From contig CAKOIJ010000002.1 in assembly GCA_934086775.1 (NCBI GenBank), forward strand, positions 1 to 61,878: a stretch of DNA of 61,878 bases. The letters are read 5' to 3'. Positions within the stretch are counted from its first letter, which is position 1. Every line of letters begins with the position of its first letter. The translations under genes and the position numbers were made by a program. The notes under the pieces are model-generated. The model worked only from the letters and a program-made list of their open reading frames with translations, was not told the DNA's origin and searched no databases. Source of the stretch: an uncultured Bacilli bacterium. GTDB taxonomy: Bacteria; Bacillota_I; Bacilli_A; RF39; UBA660. Shown here piece after piece: positions 37,167-45,351 of this stretch.

Positions 37167-38063
37167 ATGATAAAAGAAATAATAGATAATAAACAATGGG
37201 ATGATGAAATATCTAAATCGGAAGATTGTACATTTTATCAATCTTCAAATAACAGAGGATTATGTGAATTTAATGGAGCAAAAACTTATTGTATAAAATA
37301 CCAAGGTGAAGAATCCAAAATACTTGCAATGGTTGCAGTGTACCCAAGTTTTATTAGTATACCTTTTGGACCAATAATATATGGAAAACAAGATGAAAAA
37401 GAGTTATTAAATTTCCTAAACATAGTTCGAAGAAAATTTAGATTGCCAGTAAAGTTTTGCCTTTTTAATGAAAAAATTGATAACTATAGTTGGATTCAAA
37501 ATAATGCTAGAAATGTTTGGAATTTCACAACAGCGTTGTTAAATGTTGATTCTGACATTGATACTATAAAAGCAAGATTTAATCAAAATAGAAGAAGAAT
37601 AATTAGAAAGGCACTTGTTAATTTAAAAGATTCTATTATAAGTATGGATAAAAATAATGCAGAATTATTTTACAAAATGTATAGTGAAAGATTATATACA
37701 ACACATGGAGAGGTAGACTTCACTTCAAATGAATTGCTAAATATGTTAAGAAACGAAAATGTAAATTTATATATGTGTATTTTAAATAGTAAACCCATAG
37801 CGGGGATAGTCACATTTAAATTTAATGATACATTGATTACTAGGTATAATTGTACGGATACTAAATATCTTTCATTAAATCCAAATTCATATTTAGATTA
37901 TTACTTAATTAATAAAGGGATTAAAGATCCAAATCTAAAATACTATGATTTCAGTGGAATATCAGAAGAAACTTCCAATGAAACAAAGCTAAAAAATATA
38001 GATAGATATAAATATTCATATGGACCTAATTTAATAAAAAAATATAATTGGTATATGTTTTAA
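37167..38063 (+). CDS. FemAB-like / GNAT-fold (Acetyltransf_6-type) transferase
   Basis: ~300 aa two-lobed pattern with FYQS, NQNRRRIIRKA and NPNSYLDYY segments, as in FemX/FemAB-like proteins. The donor substrate is unknown. Confidence 0.6.
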   Translation: MIKEIIDNKQWDDEISKSEDCTFYQSSNNRGLCEFNGAKTYCIKYQGEESKILAMVAVYPSFISIPFGPIIYGKQDEKELLNFLNIVRRKFRLPVKFCLFNEKIDNYSWIQNNARNVWNFTTALLNVDSDIDTIKARFNQNRRRIIRKALVNLKDSIISMDKNNAELFYKMYSERLYTTHGEVDFTSNELLNMLRNENVNLYMCILNSKPIAGIVTFKFNDTLITRYNCTDTKYLSLNPNSYLDYYLINKGIKDPNLKYYDFSGISEETSNETKLKNIDRYKYSYGPNLIKKYNWYMF

Positions 38064-38244
38064 AAATTAAATATGCAATAAAATAGAAAGTAATATTTGA
38101 TTGGTATTGCTTTTTATTTTTATTAATAAATCTATATTATTAATTTTCATTGTATAAAAACAAATATATATTGAGATAAAATGGTATTTAAAAAGTATAC
38201 TAAGTGAACAATCATCACAAGTGTAATTAATTTTATACAAAGCA

Positions 38245-38273
38245 TTGACTTTGTGTACTTTATATGGTATAAT
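38245..38273 (+). promoter_or_regulatory. Strong sigma-A promoter
   Basis: TTGACT-17-TATAAT. Confidence 0.65.
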
Positions 38274-38301
38274 TTTAAACAGTTAAGGGGGAAATGAAAA
38301 A

Positions 38302-39483
38302 ATGATTAAATTAGACAAAAATCCTAATCCTACTAAAGATCAACACTTTATGGTAGATAAGGAAATGTTAGAATTAATTTATGATTCAGCAAATATTCAA
38401 GATGGTGAATCAATTGTTGAAATAGGTGGAGGAGCTGGTGCATTAACTGATTATTTAGTACAAGGTAATAACCACGTTACAGTAATTGAAAAAGATCCAT
38501 ATTATGCAGCATTATTAAAAAGCAAGTATGCTAGTAAAAATAATGTTGAGGTTATAGAGGGAGACGCTTTACAATTTAACTACCAAAATTATGATAGATT
38601 GGTAGCTAATCTTCCATATACAATTACTGAATCATTTTTAATTAATTTAGCAAGTACAGGTGCTTTAGATTATAATCCGAATAGTAAAGATGGTTCTTTA
38701 TTAAAAAGTGTAACACTAGTTTTATCTCAAAACTCAACGAGAAAAATGTCGGCTCCAGTTCAGATAACAGAAGGAAAATCAAGACACATAAACCAAGAAT
38801 TTGGAATTATGAGTATGATTTGCAAAGTGTTTTGTGATTTAGATATCATCTCTGCTATTCCAAGCGAGGCATTTTATCCTGCACCCGCTGTGACATCTTT
38901 TGTAGTTAATTTAACACCAAAAAAAGAAAAAACAACGGTCGATAGAATTATCCGTGAAATGTTAATGGATAAAAAATCAACGCGTTCATCTATTAAAAGA
39001 ATTTATCAATTAATGCTTACTCGAGGGGAAATTTATAAATTAAATAAACACAAAAATAATTTTACAAAATCAATGAGTGGAAGTTTTACCTCAAAACTAA
39101 TTGAAGATAGCAATGTTTATGATTTAAATCACGCACAAATATCACAATTAGTTCAAGATTTAATTAGAAATGATATATCAATTAAATCAAAAAATGCTGG
39201 GCGCACAAATTCTTACAGAGAAGATGATTACACAAGATATTTTGAGGGTAATACCTTTGTATATAATTCTGACGATTTAATTGATGAATACGATGATGAA
39301 TATGAACAAGAGCAAATTTTCAAAGGTATCAAATCTAAATTTGAAAGAAAATATGATTACATGTTTGATGAAAGAATATATGAATTATTATTACACAGAG
39401 GATTAGAGTATATTGATCCAATTGAATTTCAAGAAATGTTAGGAAATTCAAAACAAAACAACTTGACTTTGAGAAAAAAGTAA
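38302..39483 (+). CDS. Erm/KsgA-family rRNA adenine N6-methyltransferase homolog with a long C-terminal extension
   Basis: DQHFMV, VEIGGGAGALT (SAM motif I), VIEKD, ANLPYTITE (motif IV), then ~190 extra residues including an acidic DDLIDEYDDEYEQEQ stretch. Confidence 0.75.
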   Translation: MIKLDKNPNPTKDQHFMVDKEMLELIYDSANIQDGESIVEIGGGAGALTDYLVQGNNHVTVIEKDPYYAALLKSKYASKNNVEVIEGDALQFNYQNYDRLVANLPYTITESFLINLASTGALDYNPNSKDGSLLKSVTLVLSQNSTRKMSAPVQITEGKSRHINQEFGIMSMICKVFCDLDIISAIPSEAFYPAPAVTSFVVNLTPKKEKTTVDRIIREMLMDKKSTRSSIKRIYQLMLTRGEIYKLNKHKNNFTKSMSGSFTSKLIEDSNVYDLNHAQISQLVQDLIRNDISIKSKNAGRTNSYREDDYTRYFEGNTFVYNSDDLIDEYDDEYEQEQIFKGIKSKFERKYDYMFDERIYELLLHRGLEYIDPIEFQEMLGNSKQNNLTLRKK

Positions 39484-39494
39484 ATAGAAATATA

Positions 39495-39524
39495 GAATTG
39501 GACAATTTGCTCCAATTCTTTTTT
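39495..39524 (+). terminator. Intrinsic terminator
   Basis: gaattgga / tccaattc stem followed by tttttt. Confidence 0.7.
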
Positions 39525-39547
39525 ATTTAACGTTCTTAAATGTTAGG

Positions 39548-39577
39548 TTGCAGGCACAGTTAACCATATGATATAAT
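39548..39577 (+). promoter_or_regulatory. Sigma-A promoter
   Basis: TTGCAG-18-TATAAT with an upstream TG (extended -10). Confidence 0.6.
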
Positions 39578-39601
39578 AATTAAAGAAAGGAGAAAGATAA
39601 A

Positions 39602-40393
39602 ATGGAATTTATTAATGACCCTAATTATTATGATCAACATTTTTTAATAAATGAAAATGTGATTGAAAAATTTATTGAAATTTCAAACCTTAATAAAGAT
39701 GATATCATAGTAGAAGTAGGTCCTGGTCAAGGAATACTTACAAAAAAAATAGCACCTAAAGTAAAAAAAGTATACTGTATTGAGCTTGATACAAGATTGA
39801 AAACATTTTTAGATGAGATATGTAACGAATATAAAAATATCGAGATAATATATAACAATGTACTAAACACTTTTATTCCAAAATGTACAAAAATCATTAC
39901 TGCGCTTCCATATAGTATAGTTGAACCATTTATGAATAAGATGCTTAAATGTGAATTTGATGAATTGATAATGATTACTGGAAAAAGATTTGCAGAAAAA
40001 GTTATGAAAAAAGAAATAAATCGTCTTAGTTTAATGGTTAATTGCTTTTTTGAGTTTGAAAAAATTATGGATATTACACCAGATAATTTTTCTCCGAGAC
40101 CTAGAGTATTATCTTCAATGATTAAACTAAAACCTAAGAAAAATTTAACTGATTTCAACGATATGATTTTTAAAAGATTATTTTTAATGAAAAACAAAAA
40201 AATTAAAAATGGTCTAGTCGAGTGTTTAATTATAAATAAATATTGCAATACACAAAAAGAGGCAAAAAGTATCGTGGCAGAACTAAATTTACCTGAGGAT
40301 CTATTAGAAACCAAATTTGAGGTGTGCTCAAATACAGATTTGGCAAATTTATATAATGAAGTAAACAAATTGTCGAAAAGAAAAACCAACTAA
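39602..40393 (+). CDS. Erm/KsgA-family rRNA adenine N6-methyltransferase homolog (second paralog)
   Basis: DQHFLI, VEVGPGQGILT, CIELD, TALPYSIVEP motifs; 263 aa, Erm-like size. Confidence 0.75.
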   Translation: MEFINDPNYYDQHFLINENVIEKFIEISNLNKDDIIVEVGPGQGILTKKIAPKVKKVYCIELDTRLKTFLDEICNEYKNIEIIYNNVLNTFIPKCTKIITALPYSIVEPFMNKMLKCEFDELIMITGKRFAEKVMKKEINRLSLMVNCFFEFEKIMDITPDNFSPRPRVLSSMIKLKPKKNLTDFNDMIFKRLFLMKNKKIKNGLVECLIINKYCNTQKEAKSIVAELNLPEDLLETKFEVCSNTDLANLYNEVNKLSKRKTN

Positions 40394-40499
40394 TTAGTTG
40401 GTTTGTATAACACTCTATTCTGTTTTAGATTATAAATACTATAAATGTTTTAATATGTTTTTAATATTTTATAAACACGATTATGTAAAGATAAAAAAT

Positions 40500-40528
40500 T
40501 TGCAAAAGCATCACAAGTGTGCTATAAT
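40500..40528 (+). promoter_or_regulatory. Sigma-A promoter with an inverted repeat around the -10 box
   Basis: TTGCAA-17-TATAAT. AAGTGT (40515..40520) and ACACTT (40533..40538) bracket the -10 box. Confidence 0.6.
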
Positions 40529-40559
40529 AAGTACACTTTTTGTATTAGAGGGGGAAACT

Positions 40560-42407
40560 ATGGAAAATATAGTAAGAGAAGACAAAAGACAAGAATTAAA
40601 CAGAAAACTAACAGGTGTAATTCACGAAGATAGAATTTGGGAACAATGGTATGATCAAAAAATATTTGATTTACAATTACCAAAAATGTCACAGAAAGAC
40701 TATCTATTCAAATGTATAGGTGATGACTTAAATCGTATTATGATTAACAACAGAGGTTTAAAAAAATACACTGTAGAAGAATTCTATAATATGGTTATAG
40801 ATTATGAAAAAGCATTTAGCAAAATGAATCTTAATAAAGAAGATGTAATATGCACTATAGGACTTACTACTCCAGAAATGTATGCTATAAAATATGCTGC
40901 TACATCATTAGGATTAATAACTTGTAACCTAAATGTTCTAGATATGGGTGTAACTGATGATGGAAAAAACAGACTCTACAATCAACTTTCAAACGTTAAT
41001 CCAAAAATGATATTTACTTTAGACATTCTAGAAGACAAAATATATAAAGTAATAAATGACGAAAGGTTCAGAGATGCAGTAAAAGTATCAATGCCATTAA
41101 CTGCTTCTACAAAAGCGCTTAATCCAGAAAGAGCAATATTTAATTTAAAAATGTTAAAAGACTATCTATCTGGTAAAAAAATAAATTACAAAATGAAATT
41201 AAGTGATTTCCTAGAATTAGGAAGAAATGTAAATATGGAAGAAATAAATGAAATATATGAAGAGAAACTTCCTTGTAATATTTCATTCACAAGTGGAACA
41301 ACAGGAGTAAATAAAGCAGTGTTAATATCTCACGATGCCAATAATGCATTAGCATTTCAACAACAAGTAGGAAATTTTGGATTCGAAAGAGGCACAAAAC
41401 ATTTAGCACTAGTACCACCTTTCCTAGCATTCTGGGATGCAGATATAGTTCACGCTGCACTTGTTCAAGGAGCTGAAAACATCATCGAGCTATTCCTTGA
41501 TTACAAAAAAATACCAGGATACTTTAAAAAATATGATATTAACCTAGGAATATGGAGCCAATATCTATGGAGTTCATTAGAACTACTAAGTGAAAAAGAT
41601 TTAAAAAGAGTAAAAGAAAATTTGAAATTAGCAATAGTAGGTGGAGAAAGATGTGAAATAAACGCAGCTGAAAAATTTTACAACAAAACTGGAGTACTTC
41701 AAACAACAGGATATGGTGCTTCAGAAGTAAACACAACTTTTAGTTTTGCACATCCATACTGTAAAAAAATCGGAACAGCCGGAATACCTATGCCATATAA
41801 TAACGTTAAAATAACTGATGCTTCATTAAATGACGTAACATATGGTGTAAATGGTAAACTATTTATAACTGGCCCTACTCTAATGAATGGATACTACAAG
41901 AGAGAAGACTTAACCGAAAAAGCAATATACGTTGATAAAGACGGAACAAAATGGTATTACACAGGAGACTACGCAGTATTAGATAAAGATGGTTGCCTAA
42001 CAATACTTGATAGATATAGTGAACCTATAACTATTAAATCAAATGGAAAGACTGAACAAGTTAACAAATTAGATATTGTTGAAAAAATAAAAAAAGATAG
42101 GAATATCAAAAATTGCAAAATGACATTTAATAATGAAAAATTAGTACTTCACATATCATTAGATGACTTTTATAGCATTCCAGAAGAAGAAAAAATAGAA
42201 AGCATTATAAAAACTATAAAAGAAAACCTAGATCCAAAATACTATCCAAATATAATAAATGTTCTAGAAGAATTACCACGTACATCAGTAGGAAAAGTAG
42301 ATTACAAGTCTTTAGAAAAAATGGGACAAAATCTTACAATCAACTTGGATGAAAAAACTAAATTAGTAATAGTAAAAGAAGAACCAAAAAAATTGAAAAG
42401 GAAGTAG
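40560..42407 (+). CDS. Adenylate-forming enzyme (acyl/aryl-AMP or CoA ligase superfamily)
   Basis: SFTSGTTGVNKAV, TGYGASE, YYTGDYAVLDKDGCLTILDR, PRTSVGKVDYKSL core motifs. ATG 40560 follows GAGGGGG and the promoter at 40500, so the track start 40398 is rejected. Confidence 0.8.
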   Translation: MENIVREDKRQELNRKLTGVIHEDRIWEQWYDQKIFDLQLPKMSQKDYLFKCIGDDLNRIMINNRGLKKYTVEEFYNMVIDYEKAFSKMNLNKEDVICTIGLTTPEMYAIKYAATSLGLITCNLNVLDMGVTDDGKNRLYNQLSNVNPKMIFTLDILEDKIYKVINDERFRDAVKVSMPLTASTKALNPERAIFNLKMLKDYLSGKKINYKMKLSDFLELGRNVNMEEINEIYEEKLPCNISFTSGTTGVNKAVLISHDANNALAFQQQVGNFGFERGTKHLALVPPFLAFWDADIVHAALVQGAENIIELFLDYKKIPGYFKKYDINLGIWSQYLWSSLELLSEKDLKRVKENLKLAIVGGERCEINAAEKFYNKTGVLQTTGYGASEVNTTFSFAHPYCKKIGTAGIPMPYNNVKITDASLNDVTYGVNGKLFITGPTLMNGYYKREDLTEKAIYVDKDGTKWYYTGDYAVLDKDGCLTILDRYSEPITIKSNGKTEQVNKLDIVEKIKKDRNIKNCKMTFNNEKLVLHISLDDFYSIPEEEKIESIIKTIKENLDPKYYPNIINVLEELPRTSVGKVDYKSLEKMGQNLTINLDEKTKLVIVKEEPKKLKRK

Positions 42408-42463
42408 TTTATATTTCCTTTTTATTATGCTATAATTACCATAGTAGAAAGGTATGTGATTAT

Positions 42464-44665
42464 ATGCAAAATGGTATATTCTTTTCAATAATTAGTTTAC
42501 TATATTCCATAATGACAATAATAATATTTTTTAAAAAAGAAAAAAATAAAACATCTGAAAACAAAATATATAGTATGTTACTAATAACGAATCTAATAGG
42601 ATTATTAATAGAAATATTTCCAACAACATTGGCAATAAGAGGAATAATACACGTTAACGAGAATGTATTAAAGTTATTCCTAAGACTTATCCTAATATAT
42701 ATATTTAGTTGGACATTACTCTTTACTTATTATGTAGTTATAGTTTCTATTAAAAAAGAAACAACTAAAAAGCTATTAAAAAGTATAGGTATAGTTGTAG
42801 GAGTAATTTCAGATATGCTATTCCTTTTATTACCAATAGAATACTACATAAATAATGGTGCCGCCTATTCCTATGGAACTTCGGTTAAATTATTATATCT
42901 AGTAAGTGGCTCATTAGTATTGTTTTGCATTGCTTTACTAATAATTAATTTTAAAAGAATCAAAGAAAAATCATATTACCCTTTAATTATATTTTTATTC
43001 TTAGGTATCATTGTAATAGGAATACAATATAAACACCCAGAATTAACACTAATGCTATCATTGCACACATTTGTAACTTGTCTTATGTATCACACCATTG
43101 AAAATCCTGATATGAAATTAATAAACGAACTTGAACTTGCTAAAAATTCAGCAGAAAAAGCAAATCGTGCAAAAACTGAATTCCTAAGTAGTATGTCACA
43201 CGAAATAAGGACGCCTCTAAATGCCATCGTGGGCTTATCAGAAATAATAAATAAAACAGATGATATAAAAGAAATACACGAAGACTCTAAAGATGTTGTA
43301 AATGCAAGCTATACATTGCTTGAAATAGTTAATAGCATTCTAGACATAAGCAAAATAGAAGCAGGAAAAATGGAAATAGTAAAAGTAAACTATAATCCAA
43401 AAGATGAAATAAAAAAATTAGCAAAACTTCTTGAAACTAGAATTGGCTCTAAATCATTAAAATTAAATGTTAATATCGACAAGAACTTACCTAGTGCATT
43501 TTATGGAGACCTAAACAAAATTAAACAAATAATTTCAAACTTATTATCAAACGCAATAAAATATACCGACTCTGGTAGTGTAGACTTAAATGTAATCGCA
43601 CATAACAAAAATAATATATGTAATTTAGAAATAACTGTCAAAGATACAGGACGTGGAATAAAAGAGGAACAACTAAGTCATCTATTCACAAAATTTGACA
43701 GATTAGAAGAAGATAAAAACACATCCATCGAAGGAACAGGTTTGGGCCTCGCAATAACAAAAAGCTTAGTAGAAATGCTTGGTGGTACAATAAGTGTTGA
43801 TAGTTCCTATGGAGTAGGAAGTACATTCACGGTATTAGTGCCAGAAGAAATCTCTACTGCTATAATAAACGAAGAAGAAACAAAAGAAATAACCAAATAC
43901 AATGGAGTAAAAGTACTAATTGTAGATGACTCAAAACTTAACTTAAAAGTTGCTGAAAAAATACTAGGCGAATATGGTCTAAAATCAGAAACAGCGATAA
44001 GTGGTGAAGAATGCATAGAAAAAATCAAAAACGGAAACACATATGACATAATATTTATGGATATAATGATGCCAAACTTAAGTGGTGTAGAAACATTTAA
44101 AGAACTTAAGAAAGATGAAAACTTTAATATTCCAGTAGTCGCACTAACAGCCGACGCAATGGAAGGACAGAAAGAAATGTATCTAAAAGAAGGATTCATA
44201 GGATACTTATCAAAACCAATTGAAAGAACAGAACTAGAAGCATTCTTAAAAAAAGAACTAAAAGGCAAAGAGACAAAAGAAATTACCCTCAAAAAAGAAG
44301 AAATTAAAGTTGATGAAGGCAAAGAAGAAATACTCGAAAAAGCAGGAGTAGACTTAAAAGAAGTAAAAAAACTATTCACAAATCTAAATGAATTAATATT
44401 TGAAATTCAGACTTATATATCAGAAAGTATAAAAGTACGAAAAGAATTAGAAGAGTACTATAATAATAAGGATACAGAAAATTACGAAATACTAGTACAC
44501 AGATTAAAAAGTGAAAGTAGAACTTTTGGACTTATGAAACTAGGAGACTTATTTGAAATTCATCAAAACAAAGCAAAACAAAATGATTGGGACTATATTA
44601 ATAAGGAATACAAAAACTTAATGTCTGAATATGATAAAGCAATAAGCGTGTTAAGCGAACTATAG
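42464..44665 (+). CDS. Hybrid sensor histidine kinase (multi-TM sensor, HisKA, HATPase, REC, HPt)
   Basis: Six or more TM helices, H-box SHEIRTPLNAI, G-boxes DTGRGI / GTGLGLAI, REC VLIVDDS...FMDIMMP, C-terminal HPt HRLKSESRTFG. Confidence 0.85.
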   Translation: MQNGIFFSIISLLYSIMTIIIFFKKEKNKTSENKIYSMLLITNLIGLLIEIFPTTLAIRGIIHVNENVLKLFLRLILIYIFSWTLLFTYYVVIVSIKKETTKKLLKSIGIVVGVISDMLFLLLPIEYYINNGAAYSYGTSVKLLYLVSGSLVLFCIALLIINFKRIKEKSYYPLIIFLFLGIIVIGIQYKHPELTLMLSLHTFVTCLMYHTIENPDMKLINELELAKNSAEKANRAKTEFLSSMSHEIRTPLNAIVGLSEIINKTDDIKEIHEDSKDVVNASYTLLEIVNSILDISKIEAGKMEIVKVNYNPKDEIKKLAKLLETRIGSKSLKLNVNIDKNLPSAFYGDLNKIKQIISNLLSNAIKYTDSGSVDLNVIAHNKNNICNLEITVKDTGRGIKEEQLSHLFTKFDRLEEDKNTSIEGTGLGLAITKSLVEMLGGTISVDSSYGVGSTFTVLVPEEISTAIINEEETKEITKYNGVKVLIVDDSKLNLKVAEKILGEYGLKSETAISGEECIEKIKNGNTYDIIFMDIMMPNLSGVETFKELKKDENFNIPVVALTADAMEGQKEMYLKEGFIGYLSKPIERTELEAFLKKELKGKETKEITLKKEEIKVDEGKEEILEKAGVDLKEVKKLFTNLNELIFEIQTYISESIKVRKELEEYYNNKDTENYEILVHRLKSESRTFGLMKLGDLFEIHQNKAKQNDWDYINKEYKNLMSEYDKAISVLSEL

Positions 44666-44672
44666 GAGTAAT

Positions 44673-45080
44673 ATGAAACTAGAAAATTTAAATTATATTA
44701 GAATTGAACAATCTAAATTTGAAAAAGAACTTGAAGAAGAAACTAATAAATATTTATATCATTTCATAGTATGCAAAATGACTGATGGACAAATAGTCAA
44801 AGTTGATAACTATAATAATTTAGATGAATTAGAAAGTAGTAATATCGATTGCAAATTTTATGTAGAAAAGATACATTATTATAAAGATAAAGACAATCCT
44901 CATAAAGAATATGGTAGTGCATATCACATACAAAATATAGGATACTTCTATATCGGTGGAATAGTTGAAAATGAAAAAGTAAATACTGATGAATTAAAAG
45001 CGCTTATCGCTGACTATGAAACAAAATATAAGATGACATCTCTAGACAAAGATACGGAATTTTTAAACAGAAACTTATAG
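44673..45080 (+). CDS. Hypothetical protein
   Basis: 135-aa ORF 7 nt after the kinase stop; no motif recognised. Confidence 0.4.
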   Translation: MKLENLNYIRIEQSKFEKELEEETNKYLYHFIVCKMTDGQIVKVDNYNNLDELESSNIDCKFYVEKIHYYKDKDNPHKEYGSAYHIQNIGYFYIGGIVENEKVNTDELKALIADYETKYKMTSLDKDTEFLNRNL

Positions 45081-45194
45081 CTTTTTATGTAAAGAATTGA
45101 TGTAAACAGGAAACCTAAAAATGTTTTCTGTTTATTTATTTTTATAAGGAAAAAACGTATGTCAACTTTACACAAAATTTCTTTCAAAAAGGGG

Positions 45195-45223
45195 TTGATT
45201 TTTACACAAAAGTATCATATAAT
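45195..45223 (+). promoter_or_regulatory. Promoter of the S10 operon
   Basis: TTGATT-17-TATAAT. Confidence 0.6.
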
Positions 45224-45351
45224 TATATGCGTATGACTGCGAGGAAGCGCGAGGTTGCTGATACACCCGGTTAAGTTGTTAAAACTTGATTTAATATCAG
45301 GTAATTCGTGCCGAGCTAGTCTATTTGAAATAGGCGAAGGAGGGTAAATAT
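45224..45351 (+). promoter_or_regulatory. Structured, locally GC-rich 5' leader of rpsJ
   Basis: Nested complementary segments (ctgata/tatcag enclosing aagtt/aactt; ctattt/aaatag) in an unusually G+C-rich stretch between the promoter and the RBS. Confidence 0.4.

Noticed and set aside
38294-38305. Mini-ORF ATG AAA AAA TGA overlapping the start of the first Erm-like gene, as a possible erm-type leader peptide
   Set aside because: It has only 3 codons and the RBS is too close to it. There is also no long leader with alternative hairpins as in ermC-type translational attenuation.
39727-40389. 220-aa antisense ORF opposite the second methyltransferase gene
   Set aside because: It is a shadow ORF typical of AT-rich coding DNA (F/L/I/S-rich low-complexity text, no RBS). 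The sense strand has clear methyltransferase motifs.
40398-40559. N-terminal 54-codon extension of the ligase ORF (GTG start)
   Set aside because: It spans a consensus TTGCAA-17-TATAAT promoter and encodes low-complexity text. ATG 40560 has a strong GAGGGGG RBS.
32790-42430. Treating the accessory locus as a mobile genomic island
   Set aside because: No integrase, transposase, tRNA attachment site or flanking direct repeats were seen. Composition looks like the rest of the window by eye.
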